DNA of 64,000 nucleotides from an uncultured Methanosarcinales archaeon (GTDB lineage Archaea; Nanobdellota; Nanobdellia; Woesearchaeales; JAGVZT01): NCBI GenBank assembly GCA_964419615.1, contig CAYQPU010000003.1, positions 2,707 to 66,706 of the forward strand, read 5' to 3'. Shown piece by piece: positions 59,958 to 64,000 of this stretch (position 1 is its first letter; each line of letters starts with the position of its first letter). The notes under the pieces were generated by a model. It saw only the letters and a program-made list of their open reading frames with translations, ran no database searches and was not told where the DNA came from. The position numbers and the translations under genes were made by a program.

Positions 59958-60991
59958 GGTTGTTGTTTAGATCTAACTCCCCAACCTAGAAAATGAGTCC
60001 TTGTTACATCTTTACTTAAGACTGATTCAATCTTTGGTATAGATTTACCTGTTTTTTTTGCTAGTTTATGTAAGTCCCAAAAACCAACAGCATCAATCTT
60101 GCACTCTTCATTGATTAGGGTAATTAGATTATGAAGTTCTGTATTACTAATGTTATGTCTTTTGTACATCTTGCTGACAAGTTTTGGATCCCATAATTGA
60201 CCAACCCACAATGGACCAGTATAATCATATCCTTTCTTGAGATTTTGGTCTGATACTTCTCGGTCAAGAGTTTTTGGATTATGTAAAAGGTATTTGTGTT
60301 GTTTCAAAATATTATCAGCTTTGATCCTTCCTTTTTCACATTTGAAAAAAACACGATAATAATGTTGATGAGTATAAGAAAACACAGGGACAAGTGCCTT
60401 TTCAAATGCTGCTCCAATTAATTGAACTTTTCTTATCAAAATTCTAATTCCACTCTCATGCATGAATTCATTTTTTAGTGGTTTTGCCCAATACTTACGT
60501 TTGCATGCTTTTGGAGAGGATCCAGATAAAGCACTTGTGTCAGTGGCAGTAACTGCTAAGATTCCGCCTCTACCTAATCTAATAATTGAACTCTCCAAAA
60601 ATGGATTTGGACTTCCAAATGGATCAACATCAATGTAATCAAAACCTTTGCTCTGCAGTAAAAATAAGTTTGCATCCTTATTTTCAAGTTCAAAACCTTT
60701 TAAATTATTTAACTTAAGATTATGTTTAATAAGCTCAATTGATTTAGGACTATAATCATTAAAGACAATTCTCTTTACAATATTTTTCTTCAGTTCAAGC
60801 AAAAACCTAATTCCTCTTACTCCTGATCCTGCAAGAGGCAATGCAATCTGCATATCCTTCATACTTGAAGAATTTAATAATAACACAGAAACATCTCTAT
60901 TTAATTTCATTACAGGATTGTAAAAAACCTCTAATTTTTTTGAGATTTTTCCTTTGTGAACATTTAATTTTGCTTTACCTTCTTGTATCAT
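59954..60991 (-). CDS. trm1: tRNA (guanine26-N2)-dimethyltransferase Trm1
   Basis: 345 aa; VFYNPVMKLNRDVSV and downstream SAM motifs. Confidence 0.85.
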   Translation of the reverse strand: MIQEGKAKLNVHKGKISKKLEVFYNPVMKLNRDVSVLLLNSSSMKDMQIALPLAGSGVRGIRFLLELKKNIVKRIVFNDYSPKSIELIKHNLKLNNLKGFELENKDANLFLLQSKGFDYIDVDPFGSPNPFLESSIIRLGRGGILAVTATDTSALSGSSPKACKRKYWAKPLKNEFMHESGIRILIRKVQLIGAAFEKALVPVFSYTHQHYYRVFFKCEKGRIKADNILKQHKYLLHNPKTLDREVSDQNLKKGYDYTGPLWVGQLWDPKLVSKMYKRHNISNTELHNLITLINEECKIDAVGFWDLHKLAKKTGKSIPKIESVLSKDVTRTHFLGWGVRSKQQP

Positions 60992-61026
60992 AAGGAAAAG
61001 TATCCTTTAATAGAATAAAAACCTTC

Positions 61027-61332
61027 CTACAACTTCTTTCGAATTCTTCTAATTGACTTTTGTTGCTCTCTAGCCCACCTAATGGTATTCTTAACTCTTT
61101 CTTCCATGTCATTCAAATATTTTCTTTCATCATGGATTATTTTCTTAGCTTCTTTTGCAATACTTTCTGTATCTTCTAATCTTTTTAGATGAGAAATTCT
61201 TTTTTCTAGGTGCTTGGTTCGATTTTCCATGTCATGGAGTTTGTTAATATCTAATCTTATTGTGTGTTGCTTAGATTTTATTCTTCTATAACTTCGTAGA
61301 ATTCTGTCCAAGTTTCTATGAAAATCTTTCAT
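61027..61332 (-). CDS. Hypothetical basic coiled-coil protein
   Basis: 101 aa. Confidence 0.3.
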   Translation of the reverse strand: MKDFHRNLDRILRSYRRIKSKQHTIRLDINKLHDMENRTKHLEKRISHLKRLEDTESIAKEAKKIIHDERKYLNDMEERVKNTIRWAREQQKSIRRIRKKL

Positions 61333-61342
61333 TGTTTAACCA

Positions 61343-63610
61343 TTAACCATAATAAGATGGTTTTTCTTCTTTCATTTCTTTGCCACGTGCTGATCTAAAT
61401 GCTGTTCCAAACTCTTCATAAGCCTTTTGAATATCTTTTGTTATTGATGGTTTAACTTTAACCATTGCCTCTTTAAAATGTTTTGCTTGTACATGCTTAG
61501 TTTTAATATCTTCTCTTAAAGCAAGAATTGCAGCTTCTCTGCAAATTGCTTCAATATCTGCCCCAGCATAACCTTGAGTTTTTTCAGCTAAATCACTCAC
61601 TTTTACACCTTTAAGTGGCATTCCTTTTGTATGAACTTTAAATATTTCCTCTCTAGCTTTTTTGTCAGGAGTTGGTGTAAGGATTAACCTGTCAAATCTT
61701 CCAGGTCGAAGTAAAGCAGTATCAATAATATCTGGTCTATTGGTTGCAGCAATAACAACAACATCATTAAGATCTACCAGACCATCCATTTCAGTTAATA
61801 TTTGATTAACAACTCTTTCTGTCACAGGATTATCTGATCTTGTACCTCTTCTTGGAACTAATGAATCCAATTCATCAAAGAAAATAATTGTTGGTGCAGT
61901 TTGTCTTGCTTTTTCAAAAACTTTTCTAACAGCTTTTTCACTCTCTCCAACCCACTTGCTTAATAATTCAGGACCTTTAACTAAAATAAAATTCGCTTCT
62001 GATTCAGTAGCAACAGCCTTAGCCAACAATGTTTTACCAGTTCCAGGTGCACCATATAACAAAATACCTTTTGGAGGTTTAACTCCAAGCCTTTTGAATG
62101 CTTGTGGGTTTTTTAATGGCCATTCCACAGCTTCTATTAACTCTTGCTGCACATTTTTTAATCCGCCAACGTCAGTCCACTTGACATTAGGAACCTCAAC
62201 TAATACCTCTCTCATAGCACTTGGTCTAACAACTTTTAATGCTTCCTTGAAATCTTTATGTTTAACTCTTAATTTTTCAAGTACTTCTGTTGGAATTGGT
62301 TCTTCTTCCTTAAACTGTAATTTAGGTAGTAATCTTCTTAAAACAATCATGGCAGCTTCCTTGGCGAGTGATGCAAGATCAGCACCAACAAAACCATGAG
62401 TTACTTTTGCTAATTGTTTTAAATTTACATCTTCTGCAAGCGGCATACCTCTTGTGTGAATCTTTAAAATGTTCAATCTGCCTTCTTTTCCAGGAACCCC
62501 AATCTCAAGTTCTCGATCAAACCTACCTGGTCTTCTTAGGGCAGAATCTAATAAATTTGGAACATTTGTTGCAGCAATAACAATAACTTTTCCTCTGGAT
62601 TTTAAACCATCCATCAAGGCTAGCATCTGAGCTACAACTCTTCTTTCAACTTCTCCTTGAACTTCCTCTCTTTTCGCTGCAATAGCATCAATTTCATCAA
62701 TAAAAATAATTGAAGGTGCATTTTTTTCAGCTTCTTCAAACTTTTTTCTCAAATTCTGTTCGCTTTGGCCATAATATTTACTCATTATTTCCGGGCCATT
62801 AATTAGAATAAAATGTGAATTTGTTTCAGAGGCAACAGCTTTTGCTAATAAAGTCTTACCTGTTCCAGGTGGTCCTTGAAGTAAAACACCTTTTGGAGGT
62901 TCAATACCTAATCTTTCAAAAATTTCAGGATGCTTTAAAGGAAGTTCAACCATTTCCCTTATTTTAATAATCTCTTCTTCTAGTCCTCCAATATCTTCAT
63001 ATGTGGCTTCAAGTACACTATCCTCTGCAACCTCAATAGCTTCAGGATTAAAAACAACTTCTGTTAGATCTGAAATTATTACAGCTTTTTTTGGCTGTGT
63101 ATCTACTACTCTAAATTTTAAATCACCAAATCCAAATCCTAACAACTCATTTGGAATATTAAACACATCTTCAAACATAGAACTTTCAGATAATGTATTA
63201 CGCCTGCTCTTGGATCCACCTAAACTTACAATATCTCCCTTAATTACAGCTCTTCCCATCAGCCCTCTTTTAAATATCTCTGATGAAGCTCTAACTAAAA
63301 TTCCTTTTCGGTCTGGGGCGATTATAACTTTTTTAGCTTCTTTTACCTCAGCTTTGTTAACTTGGACAATCTCACCAATACCTGCTTTTGCGTTTCTTCT
63401 GATGATTCCATCCATTCTAATAATATCAAGACCAATATCACCCGGATAAGCTCGGTCAACAATCGCAACAGTCATCCGCTCTCCAGAAATCTCAACAATA
63501 TCGCCTGGCCTAACACCAATATCATGCATATTAGTAGTATCAATTCTAACAATTCCCTTGTTTACATCATCCTGAATTGCTTCTGCAACTTTTAATTTTT
63601 TACTTGTCAT
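61343..63610 (-). CDS. cdc48: CDC48/VCP-like AAA+ ATPase (N domain plus two AAA domains)
   Basis: 755 aa; two Walker A GPPGTGKT / GAPGTGKT, two Walker B DEIDA/DELDS, second-region-of-homology arginines. Confidence 0.9.
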   Translation of the reverse strand: MTSKKLKVAEAIQDDVNKGIVRIDTTNMHDIGVRPGDIVEISGERMTVAIVDRAYPGDIGLDIIRMDGIIRRNAKAGIGEIVQVNKAEVKEAKKVIIAPDRKGILVRASSEIFKRGLMGRAVIKGDIVSLGGSKSRRNTLSESSMFEDVFNIPNELLGFGFGDLKFRVVDTQPKKAVIISDLTEVVFNPEAIEVAEDSVLEATYEDIGGLEEEIIKIREMVELPLKHPEIFERLGIEPPKGVLLQGPPGTGKTLLAKAVASETNSHFILINGPEIMSKYYGQSEQNLRKKFEEAEKNAPSIIFIDEIDAIAAKREEVQGEVERRVVAQMLALMDGLKSRGKVIVIAATNVPNLLDSALRRPGRFDRELEIGVPGKEGRLNILKIHTRGMPLAEDVNLKQLAKVTHGFVGADLASLAKEAAMIVLRRLLPKLQFKEEEPIPTEVLEKLRVKHKDFKEALKVVRPSAMREVLVEVPNVKWTDVGGLKNVQQELIEAVEWPLKNPQAFKRLGVKPPKGILLYGAPGTGKTLLAKAVATESEANFILVKGPELLSKWVGESEKAVRKVFEKARQTAPTIIFFDELDSLVPRRGTRSDNPVTERVVNQILTEMDGLVDLNDVVVIAATNRPDIIDTALLRPGRFDRLILTPTPDKKAREEIFKVHTKGMPLKGVKVSDLAEKTQGYAGADIEAICREAAILALREDIKTKHVQAKHFKEAMVKVKPSITKDIQKAYEEFGTAFRSARGKEMKEEKPSYYG

Positions 63611-63672
63611 AGCTAGTTGTAATATCTTTTAATAAATAAATCTTTTGTAGAAGAGTATATTCAATACTCCTA

Positions 63673-63999
63673 TCATCCAATATAATTTTGGCTTCTTGAT
63701 TCTACTTTAGGTAGAGGGATTGGAGGCGGCAGATTTATTTCTTTACTTAGCATAATTGCCTGGATATTGCTTTTTGTTAAAGCAGCATTTAAAACAGGTT
63801 GCACAAGCTCTTTTGCTACTTTTTTCTCAGCTTTCCAATCCTTTTCAGCTTGTTTAATTGTTTTTTCATCAGCTAAAAATAAAACTTCTCCAAATATGTT
63901 TATAGATGCAATATTTGGGCTATAATCTGAAACATACTCAAAAGTAAACTTTAATCCGTTTTCTTTAACATTACCCAAAGCTAACTCGGTCTTCTCCAC
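63673..63999 (-). CDS. Hypothetical protein, possibly truncated by window edge
   Basis: 108 aa ORF reaching position 63999. Confidence 0.25.
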   Translation of the reverse strand: MEKTELALGNVKENGLKFTFEYVSDYSPNIASINIFGEVLFLADEKTIKQAEKDWKAEKKVAKELVQPVLNAALTKSNIQAIMLSKEINLPPPIPLPKVESRSQNYIG

Positions 64000-64000
64000 T

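Noticed and set aside
1-64000. CRISPR arrays, IS elements, integrases, rRNA genes
   Set aside because: No regularly spaced direct repeats, transposase-like or integrase-like ORFs, or rRNA-like conserved blocks were seen.

Overview
This 64-kb window is AT-rich (about 30% GC) and gene-dense, and reads as an archaeal chromosome, probably a small-genome DPANN-like lineage. Archaeal information-processing genes dominate the window. The features below list full calls with evidence and confidence. The lineage guess rests on PolD with EF1-beta and PAN, very short genes, tight overlaps, and class II tRNA and RNase P features.

What is here:
- A replication island: TFE-alpha, PRPP synthetase, thymidine kinase-like, TrmB regulator, Orc1/Cdc6 with AT-rich origin-like upstream DNA, PolD DP1+DP2, aIF2-beta, MCM followed by an RPA32-like OB/winged-helix protein, TBP.
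- tRNA-modification genes and RNA-processing/protein-turnover genes: cysteine desulfurase; a ubiquitin-like SAMP/ThiS-type protein ending in GG next to NcsA/Ncs6 tRNA thiolation ATPase and RNase P protein Rpp30; TldD/TldE; PAN; Trm5-like MTase; FEN1; tRNA-splicing endonuclease.
- An SRP RNA with the conserved helix-8 motif.
- A polymorphic RHS/YD-repeat toxin cassette with a duplicated core, alternative C-terminal tips and membrane immunity-like genes.
- Two conserved ribosomal/RNAP clusters (LeuRS, RpoN-S9-L13-L18e, RpoD-S11-S4-S13), separated by a class II tRNA that appears to carry introns in the D-loop and at T-loop position 59/60.
- A radical-SAM/SPASM-like gene, NAC-alpha, Sec61-beta, RNase P RNA (about 421 nt, overlapped only by spurious ORFs in the track), RadB, S2, LigT, TRAM, RadA, RPA.
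- A roughly 7.5-kb cluster of nine genes whose products start with class III (type IV pilin-like) signal peptides, plus an EamA-like transporter.
- A Zn-ribbon/EF1-beta pair, Trm1 and CDC48.

The most notable unexplained signals:
1. Two paralogous structured RNA-like elements of about 145 nt (30074-30215 and 58068-58212), each with three helices supported by compensatory substitutions.
2. The RHS toxin/immunity cassette, which has a frameshifted main copy and an intact orphan tip.
3. ORB-like TTCCAGTGGA(A/G)A repeats, some with C/G-strings, at three loci, suggesting one or more replication origins.
4. The pilin-like secreted-protein island, which carries a recurrent CLCLC cysteine motif.

No CRISPR array, IS element or rRNA was seen.
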